Below, one piece after another: positions 48,319-57,004 of a DNA stretch of 64,000 nt. Origin of the DNA: Oligoflexia bacterium (GTDB lineage: Bacteria; Bdellovibrionota; UBA1018); NCBI GenBank assembly GCA_963758495.1, contig CAVWVI010000003.1, positions 256,001 to 320,000 of the forward strand. The letters run 5' to 3'. A program made the translations under genes and the position numbers. The notes under the pieces were generated by a model, which did no database searches, was not told the DNA's origin, and saw only the letters and a list, made by a program, of their open reading frames with translations. Position 1 is the first letter of the stretch. Every line of letters starts with the position of its first letter.

Positions 48319-50144
48319 CGTTGGCTCCTTTCCAAAAGCTGATTCTTTCGGATCTCGGCTATTAGCTCTTCTCGAAGATTGTCAGTCCTGAGCAAAGCAT
48401 GTTCTACGTCAGTAGGATAAAGCCTCCCAAAACGAGACAGGAATGGAGTCTTAATGAGACATTCCGAGAAGACTCCTTTTTTCTGACGAAGAGATCTAAC
48501 CTTAGTCAACTCTACTGAATTTAAGCCGAGAATTCCCTGATACTGTTCCAGATCCTCTCCCTGTCGAAGAAGGATTCGAATAGGTGCGTTTTGAAAAATA
48601 CTCTGTCCACTTTGGTCAGTGAGAAAATCAGATAAACTTTGTGTAACCGCGATCGCCGCTCCGTTCAATTTGCGAAATTCACGAAATGCTCTTTGAACTA
48701 AAAGCGGTTCATCTCTCATGAAATTCCAACACTCATCTAGGACAACATAGACAGGATGAGTGGAGTCTCGTGATCTTAAAAACGCTTCTAACTGGCCTAA
48801 AATCGTTTGGATACCCATCTTTTTATCGTTCTGATCAAGATCCGAAAGTTCAATTCCGGCCATTCCACCGACACTATTGAGATGACTGAAAACACAGGCA
48901 GTTGAAGCCTGGAGTTCATTTAATTTCTTAGGTTCTTCATATCCCTGCCCAAATGCACGAACTAGACGTCGAAAACTTCTATTATGATCAATGAAAAGAA
49001 CGCTCATCGGAACTCTGGCTTCGATCATTCTCTTCAGTACCAAACCAGTAAAGAAACTCTTTCCACTTCCAGAAGCGCCTACTACAAGCCAGTGGAGAGC
49101 CTCTAACCTCGAATCGTTGGGTGAAAAGTAGAGAGGCTTTTTACGGACGGTTGTCAGAATAGATGCACCTGGCTCGACTGGATCATTCAGATTTGGAATC
49201 AAATCACATGCAGTTACTGCACGAACCAGATGGGTACGATGAAGCCTGTGTCTCAAACCCAGCGTAGCGCAAACAGCCAAATCAGCTCGCTTCTCGTGAC
49301 AAAACATCGAATGGTCTAGGTCCAACTTCGAAGGTGAAATGAGGATAAGGGAGATTTCTACTAGCGTTTCATCTCCGCGAGATAGACCCTGAAGAACTGC
49401 GCTTGAATCTTCAAAAGCAACCTCTGCATCAATATCTGAGATGACAGAATCGCCTCTGGCATTGTTGCGTCGGGAAATTTCAATTTGACGTTTAACTGAC
49501 TGAAAGCTTACTCCTCGAACAGTTACGACTACTGTAACCGGCACATCAATTCTTTTTAGAATTGAAAAAAGAAACAGCGGGTCGGTTTGAACGGGGATCT
49601 GATAGAGAGAATAGACTTGTTCCTGACCTGTATAGATTCCTCGAGTTATTTCTGAAAAGTCGAGTTTTCCTGCAAGACTAAATCGCCCTGAGCAGCCAAT
49701 TTCATAGCCTTCTGCACCTTTATCGCTCATTTCGCAGACAATTGTGTAACGTTCATTTTCGTTGAGACTGACAATTCGTTCAAGGAGAGCTTCCTTGGAT
49801 GCAATCAATTCTCTCTCATCAAGAGTGTCTGGAGGTTGAATGTCGAACGGAGTTTCCAGGAACTCGGATCGACCATTTGGATTTTTAATCCTAACCCTTC
49901 GCTCGATTGGCCAAATAAGAGACTCTTCCCAACCTGTCTTTGCGAACTGGCTCGTCACCCTAAGAATGACGTAGCCTGATGCTCCCACTGCTAAGGAAAT
50001 AAGGTCTCCATAGCGAACTCCTCCGAGAGCTACTGACATCCCTAAAACTAGGCTTGCTAGTCCAATTAAACCAAAGAGTGGAACTCCGAATATCAGCGGC
50101 CTTCTTAAAAGATTCCTGGCTGTGGGCTCGCAGTAAACTCTCAT
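48300..50144 (-). CDS. virB4: VirB3-VirB4 fusion ATPase (compact, 614 aa)
   Basis: N-terminal RRPLIFGVP plus 2 TM (VirB3-like); GASGSGKS, LDECW, REFRKLNGA..VTQS. Confidence 0.82.
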   Translation of the reverse strand: MRVYCEPTARNLLRRPLIFGVPLFGLIGLASLVLGMSVALGGVRYGDLISLAVGASGYVILRVTSQFAKTGWEESLIWPIERRVRIKNPNGRSEFLETPFDIQPPDTLDERELIASKEALLERIVSLNENERYTIVCEMSDKGAEGYEIGCSGRFSLAGKLDFSEITRGIYTGQEQVYSLYQIPVQTDPLFLFSILKRIDVPVTVVVTVRGVSFQSVKRQIEISRRNNARGDSVISDIDAEVAFEDSSAVLQGLSRGDETLVEISLILISPSKLDLDHSMFCHEKRADLAVCATLGLRHRLHRTHLVRAVTACDLIPNLNDPVEPGASILTTVRKKPLYFSPNDSRLEALHWLVVGASGSGKSFFTGLVLKRMIEARVPMSVLFIDHNRSFRRLVRAFGQGYEEPKKLNELQASTACVFSHLNSVGGMAGIELSDLDQNDKKMGIQTILGQLEAFLRSRDSTHPVYVVLDECWNFMRDEPLLVQRAFREFRKLNGAAIAVTQSLSDFLTDQSGQSIFQNAPIRILLRQGEDLEQYQGILGLNSVELTKVRSLRQKKGVFSECLIKTPFLSRFGRLYPTDVEHALLRTDNLREELIAEIRKNQLLERSQRCVSPS

Positions 50145-50145
50145 G

Positions 50146-50412
50146 TTATCGCACCTGACTGGAAATGAAGTTCCAAACTCCGGTCAAACCAAGTAGACAA
50201 GCAATTGCGACAACAACTCGAACTGTCTCATTCTTTGCATTCGGATCGCCTTGAATATGTGCAAAGATATTCTTTCCGAGATATCCCACAGCTACGATTG
50301 GGAGAAGCCTGCCCGTAAAGGCTTTTACCAAGTTATTCAGAGTTCCTTCAAGGTCTGCCGCAAACGCAACCTCTGGCACTAGGAGACTTAAGAGCAAGAG
50401 AGGTTCATTCAT
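50146..50412 (-). CDS. VirB2/TrbC-like pilin
   Basis: ATG 50412 with GGAG RBS; PEVAFA-A signal peptide then two hydrophobic helices. Confidence 0.75.
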   Translation of the reverse strand: MNEPLLLLSLLVPEVAFAADLEGTLNNLVKAFTGRLLPIVAVGYLGKNIFAHIQGDPNAKNETVRVVVAIACLLGLTGVWNFISSQVR

Positions 50413-50554
50413 TGCTCCAGCTTTCCGAACGAACCTACCTAAAGTTTTTTCTTTATGTGTTGCTTTCAAACCGGCCTCCTTCCGATATGCATCCAAATTC
50501 TGCGACCGCAAGACATCTCTTTTTGCGACGCACTAACAAATCGCGGCGAGTATG

Positions 50555-50570
50555 AGCATGAAGAATGCCA
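50555..50570 (-). promoter_or_regulatory. sigma54 (-24/-12) promoter of the tra-xis-int operon
   Basis: TGGCATTCTTCATGCT = GG-N10-GC; IHF-like site at 50586-50598; UAS-like palindrome gtcacatttctgagac at 50678-50693. Confidence 0.7.
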
Positions 50571-50718
50571 GGTACACAAAACATCTAAGATGTTGAATTG
50601 GTTAAGTTTGAAGCATATGCGTTAATTTCAATTGGACTAAGCAGTCGCAAAAGTTGGATTTTTCTCTGGATTTTCAAGTCACATTTCTGAGACAAGACCT
50701 TTCAAGGGGGCGGCAATA

Positions 50719-52218
50719 GTGAAACAAGAATTCAAGATATTGTTAGTTGAGGATCAGGAGAGCTTTAGAGAGGCTGTCATTCAACTTCTTGGGGTGTACA
50801 ACGAAGTTCACGGAGTAAAGAACCTAGCTGAAGCAAGAGACATCCTACAAAAGCGATCCTTTGAGGTCGTTATCTTAGACAAGAATTTACCTGATGGAGA
50901 TGGATTTCACCTCATCTCTGAAATTAAAGAAGAAAATCCAAACTCCGTAGTGATTGTTCTTACGTCCAACAGCGATTTCAGTAACGTGAAAAAATGTATC
51001 GCACTGGGTGCAGATGACTATGTCGTAAAGAGTGGAAATATTATTCCAGAACTCCTGATTCGGATTCCAATTGCAGTCTCCAGAGCGGCAAATGACCGGC
51101 AGCTCACCCATTTGAACAATCAAATCAAAAAGGCCTTTAAATATGAGTTGGTTGGAAAATCAAAAGCTGCAACTGAACTTCGACTATCCATCCTAAGCCT
51201 TAAGGGCACACCTTCGACAGTTCTTATTACGGGGGAAAGTGGAACAGGAAAAGAAGTGATTGCTCGCCGATTGCATGCGATCGAAGATGACAGCAAGAAT
51301 CGTCCTTTTATTGCATTGAACTGTGGCTCTATCCCAGAGAACCTCATCGAGAGCGAACTCTTTGGGCATAAAAAAGGCTCATTTACTGGAGCACATGCTG
51401 ATCAAGTTGGAAAGTTTGAATTGGCTCACGGAGGAGATCTTTTTCTAGATGAAGTAGGAGAACTCTCCCTTACAGCACAGATTAAGCTTCTTAGAGTTCT
51501 TCAGGACCAACAGTTCTATCGAATTGGCGGAATCAAACCTATTCAAGTCTCATGTAGAGTCATCGCCGCGACCAATCAGGATCTAGAGGAATTAATTCGA
51601 CAGAAGAAGTTCCGATCCGACCTGTTTTATCGTCTCAACGTTTTGAAATTTCATGCTCCACCACTTAGGTCTCGGCAAGAGGATATTCCAGACCTTGTCC
51701 AATTTTTTCTACTTCAAATTGGCGCACCCTTCATGACTTTGACCGACAAAGCTTATAGCAAGCTGGCCGAACATGACTGGCCTGGAAACATCCGAGAGCT
51801 TGGGAACATAATAGAACGCGGAGTCATTTCAGCTAGAAAGAAGAAATCTAACCGTATTGATCATGAAGACCTCACTATCGATCGATCTCTTGAAGGGAGG
51901 GAAGCCGGAGGTCGTAGAATTGAAATGGCTCTTCCAAGTGACTTTGGAGACCTGTCTGAGCAGGGCTATAGAGAATACCTAGAGCTAGCTGAACGTGAGT
52001 ATCTCAAGAAGGCTTTGTCTATTCACAATGGAAATGTCGCAAATGCTGCATCTGCAATTGGAATGTCGAGAAGCAATCTTTTTCGGAAAATTTCCCAGCT
52101 TGGAATTTCAAAAAAGACTGAGGATGAGTCCCTGACTATAAATAACAGCAATACTTTACATCCCCTCACCTCCAAATATCGCCACGATCAACACTTGGAT
52201 ACAGCAGAGGCAAGATAA
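50719..52218 (+). CDS. sigma54-dependent response regulator (NtrC-type bEBP)
   Basis: REC domain, GESGTGKE, ESELFGH, GSFTGA, LFLDEVGE, WPGNIREL, Fis-type HTH. Confidence 0.95.
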   Translation: MKQEFKILLVEDQESFREAVIQLLGVYNEVHGVKNLAEARDILQKRSFEVVILDKNLPDGDGFHLISEIKEENPNSVVIVLTSNSDFSNVKKCIALGADDYVVKSGNIIPELLIRIPIAVSRAANDRQLTHLNNQIKKAFKYELVGKSKAATELRLSILSLKGTPSTVLITGESGTGKEVIARRLHAIEDDSKNRPFIALNCGSIPENLIESELFGHKKGSFTGAHADQVGKFELAHGGDLFLDEVGELSLTAQIKLLRVLQDQQFYRIGGIKPIQVSCRVIAATNQDLEELIRQKKFRSDLFYRLNVLKFHAPPLRSRQEDIPDLVQFFLLQIGAPFMTLTDKAYSKLAEHDWPGNIRELGNIIERGVISARKKKSNRIDHEDLTIDRSLEGREAGGRRIEMALPSDFGDLSEQGYREYLELAEREYLKKALSIHNGNVANAASAIGMSRSNLFRKISQLGISKKTEDESLTINNSNTLHPLTSKYRHDQHLDTAEAR

Positions 52219-52220
52219 CT

Positions 52221-52964
52221 ATGTCGAGCAATAATCAGAATCTCGTTGGAAAAGTAGCTCTCGTTACAGGAGCAAATAGAGGAATTGGACTTGAGGTGTG
52301 TAGACAGCTCGCTCAAAAAGGTGCCCGAGTTATCCTCACCAGTCGCGACGAAAGGAAAGGTCAGGAAGCAAAGACCTTGCTTACCAAATCAGGGCTAAAT
52401 GTTGATTTTTGGGTATTGGATGTCCAAAACGATGAGAGCGTTCGTCATGCAAGAGAGTACGTAGAGGGAGCTTTTGGAAGGCTGGATATTCTAATCAACA
52501 ACGCAGGTATTTTGCCTGATAACACAACACCAGGCATATTCTCTGATCGAAGTATTTTAGAAACAGACTTCGATGATATTCTTGCAGCGTTCCAGACCAA
52601 CTCTCTAGGCGTCGTCCGTGTTTGTCGTGAATTTGTACCTCTTATGAAAAAAGGTGGTTCAGGTCGGATCGTTAACGTTTCGAGCATGATCGCACAGCTT
52701 GCAACCATGGACAGCGGCAGCCCTGCATACCGGATTTCAAAAGTTGCACTGAACGCGATTACACGCATCCTCGCGGACGAACTCAAAGATCATCATATTC
52801 TATGTAACTGCGTTAGCCCTGGTTGGGTCAAGACTGATATGGGTGGTCCCAATGCCAATATTCCTGTGGACCAAGGAGCAGCTGGAATTGTAGACCTTGC
52901 ATGCCTACCCGACGGTGGAGCAACTGGGCAGTTCTTTCGAAATGGGCAGGTCATTGAATGGTGA
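52221..52964 (+). CDS. SDR oxidoreductase (carbonyl-reductase type)
   Basis: TGANRGIG, NNAG, YRISK, PGWVKTDMGG. Confidence 0.93.
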   Translation: MSSNNQNLVGKVALVTGANRGIGLEVCRQLAQKGARVILTSRDERKGQEAKTLLTKSGLNVDFWVLDVQNDESVRHAREYVEGAFGRLDILINNAGILPDNTTPGIFSDRSILETDFDDILAAFQTNSLGVVRVCREFVPLMKKGGSGRIVNVSSMIAQLATMDSGSPAYRISKVALNAITRILADELKDHHILCNCVSPGWVKTDMGGPNANIPVDQGAAGIVDLACLPDGGATGQFFRNGQVIEW

Positions 52965-54895
52965 CCATCAATTTTGTTCGAAACAGACAGCTTGGAAGTG
53001 TAATTCTATTTGGGATTTTTCTGGTTTCGGCCTTTATCATTCCCTTTTACGTCAATGACATTTGTCGCTGGATCAGTCTTTCCACTGATAGGTCTGGGTT
53101 TATCGTTGCCGTACATGAAGCCATTTGCTCGGCACTCTCATTTTCTTGGCTGTTATACATTCGAAAGAAATCTGAAAGGCAGCAGAGTTGGGAAAAATAT
53201 TTTCCTTTAGTATTCATCTGCCTTTCCTTTGCTGACCTTGCATATGGGGTTCACTATTACTTTCTAAATCACGTATTCAAGAACACACCAGGATTCTTGA
53301 TTCACCAGATCCCATATATTTTAGTAATGTACTTTCTCTCTCATGTCACGATCATGAGGAGCTTTGAAAACACGAAAAAAAAGAAGGAAAAATACCTCAT
53401 TGGTGGTGCAATTGCTGCTATAGCAGCCATCTATTTCGCCTGTTCCTACAAGATGGTTCTTAGCTATCATTTTCCTGCAGGGTACCAGCGTCCTACAGCC
53501 AATTTTATTACCTCCTACATATACGGCATCCTGCAGTCTATCTCGATGGGCGGGCTTGTAGTCGCAAGTCTTAGGACTCCTGGACTCGCAGAGTTTTTTC
53601 AATGGTTCCTTTTTGTAACCATGAATGGAAGCGATTTCGCCCTGAGATACCAGGACGTAGGTGCTCACAAGCTAGGTACCCCCATGTTTGAATATGGTTG
53701 GGAAATAGCTGTTGCCGGAATCAGCGCACTTATTCTCTTTCGAAGATTGGGTTTAGGTCAAACTGACAAGCTCATGAATGAAATGCCAACTCCAGTGAAT
53801 AGCATTCGAGTTCTAGCTCCACTTTCCACCCTATCGATACTCGCACTCTTTGTTGTTCTAAACTTGGTATCTGCTCCCTATTTTGAAATTGCCAATATTA
53901 ATACCATCAGTGGACATACACTGATTTTCGCCTTTGTGTGGCTAACGGCAAACGGAATGGGACTTTATCTTAGTCAGATTCTTTCCGATCGAATTAGAAA
54001 GCTTAATCTTCAAATTGAATCAGCTCAATCTTTGGAAGACTTGGATAAATTGCGCGGAAATCTCGTCGAAATGAACCCAGTGTTTCAGTCCCTTAAGCAG
54101 ATGAAAATTCAGTTGAGTCATTCAATGGAAGAGAATCTGAAAGCAAGATCCTTAGCCGCTGTTGCATCCACAGCGTCAAGAGTAGTGCATAATATTCGTT
54201 CTCCCCTTTCTGCCTTGGAGATGGGACTGAGTATTGTCCCCGATATGCCTGCTAATGCCGATTCGATTATTAGAAAGTCTCTTGGAGAAATCAAAAGCTT
54301 CGTTAAGGACTTGGAAGCTCAGTCGCGTAAATTCAAAATGGAGGATCATAACCTCGGAAACACCAAAGATATTCGGCCCAAGACAGTGGAGCAGATTTCT
54401 AAGCTGGTAGAACTCTCAGTTGCTCAAAAGAAGATTGAACTTCACCAAAGGTCCGAGATTCAGATAATTTTAGAGATTAATGAGAACGCACGCTCTCTTT
54501 ATTCCGAATTGGACTCCCTAGAATTTTCCACCATCATTTCTAATTTAGTCAACAACGCAGTCGATGAAATGCAGGCCGGCGGCCAAGTTAAAGTTCTTCT
54601 TTCGAGAGACGGCAATTTCGGCGTCTTACAAGTTGTCGACAACGGGAAAGGCATCGCTGCCGAACTCCTACCCAACCTTGGAACCCTAGGATTCACCCAT
54701 GGCAAAAAGCATGGAACTGGGCGAGGCCTTCATGATGCGAAGAAAGCCATAGAAGCTTGGGATGGGCGTATCTCCTTCCATTCAGAACTAGGTAAGGGGG
54801 TGTGCGTTTCAATCCAGTTGCCCGATTTAAACTACCACTTATGTAACCAACCAATGAGCCCATTTCTTAAACCCAACCCATATTGCAGGAATTAA
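52958..54895 (+). CDS. Multi-TM sensor histidine kinase
   Basis: About 9-10 TM helices; H-box VHNIRSPL; NLVNNA, DNGKG, GTGRGL. Confidence 0.9.
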   Translation: MVTINFVRNRQLGSVILFGIFLVSAFIIPFYVNDICRWISLSTDRSGFIVAVHEAICSALSFSWLLYIRKKSERQQSWEKYFPLVFICLSFADLAYGVHYYFLNHVFKNTPGFLIHQIPYILVMYFLSHVTIMRSFENTKKKKEKYLIGGAIAAIAAIYFACSYKMVLSYHFPAGYQRPTANFITSYIYGILQSISMGGLVVASLRTPGLAEFFQWFLFVTMNGSDFALRYQDVGAHKLGTPMFEYGWEIAVAGISALILFRRLGLGQTDKLMNEMPTPVNSIRVLAPLSTLSILALFVVLNLVSAPYFEIANINTISGHTLIFAFVWLTANGMGLYLSQILSDRIRKLNLQIESAQSLEDLDKLRGNLVEMNPVFQSLKQMKIQLSHSMEENLKARSLAAVASTASRVVHNIRSPLSALEMGLSIVPDMPANADSIIRKSLGEIKSFVKDLEAQSRKFKMEDHNLGNTKDIRPKTVEQISKLVELSVAQKKIELHQRSEIQIILEINENARSLYSELDSLEFSTIISNLVNNAVDEMQAGGQVKVLLSRDGNFGVLQVVDNGKGIAAELLPNLGTLGFTHGKKHGTGRGLHDAKKAIEAWDGRISFHSELGKGVCVSIQLPDLNYHLCNQPMSPFLKPNPYCRN

Positions 54896-55414
54896 AATCA
54901 GAATAATTGCAAAAATTGACATTCTCGCTGGAAATAAGGGGTAACAATCTGGTCCCCAAATTTTCCGACCATAGTTTTGACAAAGTAAACCCAGTCCATT
55001 TATTTTTAAGATCATATTTGAATCTTCACTGTATGGAATTTCGAACCAATCATCAGGGTTAAGTTCACTCAATTTCATTGGCTCGGAGAGGCTTTTAGTG
55101 GGTTTCTTGCTCTCGTTATGCCGCGCATATGCACTGAAGTTGCATTTATCATCCGAAGACTCCGTAGGATCACCACTTCCTCCAGGATTTTTTCCTTGAG
55201 AAATTCGCATTTCTCTATCTGTCAGTTTACAGTATGGGCCTTCTTCTAACTTCTTCCAGGTTACTTTGATCTCATCAGGAAGCTCCGAGAAAACAACTAC
55301 ATCATGAAGAAATATGACCGACAAGCAGGCAAGCCCACCAATACTTATTGTAATTAGTATAATTTTAATAGTTAAGTATAACTTATTAATAATTCTATTT
55401 AATTTAATTTCCAC
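54839..55414 (-). CDS. Hypothetical protein with two TM helices
   Basis: 191-aa ORF, hydrophobic at both ends. Confidence 0.55.
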   Translation of the reverse strand: MEIKLNRIINKLYLTIKIILITISIGGLACLSVIFLHDVVVFSELPDEIKVTWKKLEEGPYCKLTDREMRISQGKNPGGSGDPTESSDDKCNFSAYARHNESKKPTKSLSEPMKLSELNPDDWFEIPYSEDSNMILKINGLGLLCQNYGRKIWGPDCYPLFPARMSIFAIILILIPAIWVGFKKWAHWLVT

Positions 55415-55668
55415 TACACTATTGTCCTATATAAATAGAAGTGTGTGAACTACATTAGAAGTATTTTAAGACAGCACAAAAACCTAACAAATACTTACCT
55501 TTTATTTGGATTTGACTCAAATCAGGCTCAACTATACCGCGAGGTGTTTGTGACACTGCCAAAACAGTAACCTAGGAAACTGCCAATTAAAGAAATGTGT
55601 GGATCCAGGAGGCGGTTGGGTATTTGTAATCTAGTTCCGAAATATGCATCAAAAAATAACTTCAGTTA

Positions 55669-56364
55669 TTATCTTTTCGCTAAAATATAATAGTCTAGAT
55701 CTGGCTCGTTCCTCCATTGAATCCGATCATATACGCTATCTAGTAATGCAATTTCTTCATTATGGCCTTGACGGTAAATTCGGATTTCGAATCTGATGCT
55801 GTTAGCAATAATGTATGCGTGCAAATCCCTTAAAAAATACATAGTGTGTTTTCTGGCTATTTCCTGATGAGATTCGCTGCAATAGAAAGAATGGGCCGAA
55901 TGGATATTCGTTGTTGCATTAATATTGCTATTTAAAAGCACTTCTCCGTTTAAATATTTTGACCTACAGCATACTGGCTTCATTGCATTGGGCTTCACCT
56001 CGAATTGAAAGGTGTGAATCTGACTATCGAAGATTTCCAATTTGTTTAAGAGTCTTAGTCGATCAAACTCCTTCTTGCATGGATCTGGAAAGTTCGCCCT
56101 GGTATCATGAAGACAGGTATCATCATTGACCCAACTGAAGTAGACGGCGTTAATACTTGCAAGTACCTCGAAAAAAAGCTTGTACTGACCATTCGCAGCA
56201 GGAATCTTTTGCCTATAGGGAGCAAGCCCAGGCCGAATATAGTCGTGAAGATAGGGATCTTGGGCCACATGATCCACCGCGTGAAAGACCATATTTTGCA
56301 GATTTAGTTTCCAAGAGAAGACTCTTTCAAGGAAAAACCGTGAGTAGAGAACTCTATGTGCCAT
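55669..56364 (-). CDS. YhaV/RelE-like toxin domain with C-terminal extension
   Basis: QYKLFFEV...VYFSWVND resembles the YhaV QYRLFF...AWVND pattern. Confidence 0.6.
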   Translation of the reverse strand: MAHRVLYSRFFLERVFSWKLNLQNMVFHAVDHVAQDPYLHDYIRPGLAPYRQKIPAANGQYKLFFEVLASINAVYFSWVNDDTCLHDTRANFPDPCKKEFDRLRLLNKLEIFDSQIHTFQFEVKPNAMKPVCCRSKYLNGEVLLNSNINATTNIHSAHSFYCSESHQEIARKHTMYFLRDLHAYIIANSIRFEIRIYRQGHNEEIALLDSVYDRIQWRNEPDLDYYILAKR

Positions 56365-56510
56365 TCGCTCATTTTAACCAATACAGTTAAATTTTCTACT
56401 TATAACATCTCAATATCTTTAAGTTATTTTTAACTTTAATAAAATATCAACTTTTGTTAAAGTGTCATCAAGACCTGGTCGATAAGCATAAAGAAGATGA
56501 GGAGGTATCA

Positions 56511-56927
56511 ATGAAAAGCATTTTAACACGAGATGTCGTTGCCAACTTAAAAGACTTTTTGAAATGCCCCCAAAAGGTCCTTTGTGATTACCTTGGGATT
56601 TCTCAGGTAGCACTGTCTCAAAATATCGAAAGACCGTTTAAGTTAATTTTGGAAAATAAGGTTGGTAAACGATTAAATACCTTTCTGTTTTTAATTGATT
56701 GCATCAAAAAGGATAGCACCTTGGATGCAGCGACTATCCACCGAGTGTTGGCACTTCCTTCCTACGAAATGAAAGATGGATGGAAAATTGATGCAATTAC
56801 AGCTCTTCATGATGATTGTAATGAAGAAATATTAGTCGAAATCTTCAATATGTCTTTGATGGTTCTGCGCGCACGTTTTGACAAAAAACCCATTTACGAT
56901 GGAATGTACAAGACCATTCATCGCTAG
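56511..56927 (+). CDS. HTH protein, candidate antitoxin (Xre-like)
   Basis: ATG 56511 with GAGGAGG RBS; QKVLCDYLGISQVALSQ HTH. Confidence 0.6.
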   Translation: MKSILTRDVVANLKDFLKCPQKVLCDYLGISQVALSQNIERPFKLILENKVGKRLNTFLFLIDCIKKDSTLDAATIHRVLALPSYEMKDGWKIDAITALHDDCNEEILVEIFNMSLMVLRARFDKKPIYDGMYKTIHR

Positions 56928-57004
56928 TCTGACACCTGACCATAAATTCAGTCCCAAGTTTTCAGCAAGAGAGCCTTAATTTTTTTTAGACTTACCGCAA
57001 AAAT

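Noticed and set aside
39396..50412. Prophage interpretation of the int/xis region
   Set aside because: No capsid, terminase, tail or lysis genes; neighbouring genes are conjugation-type
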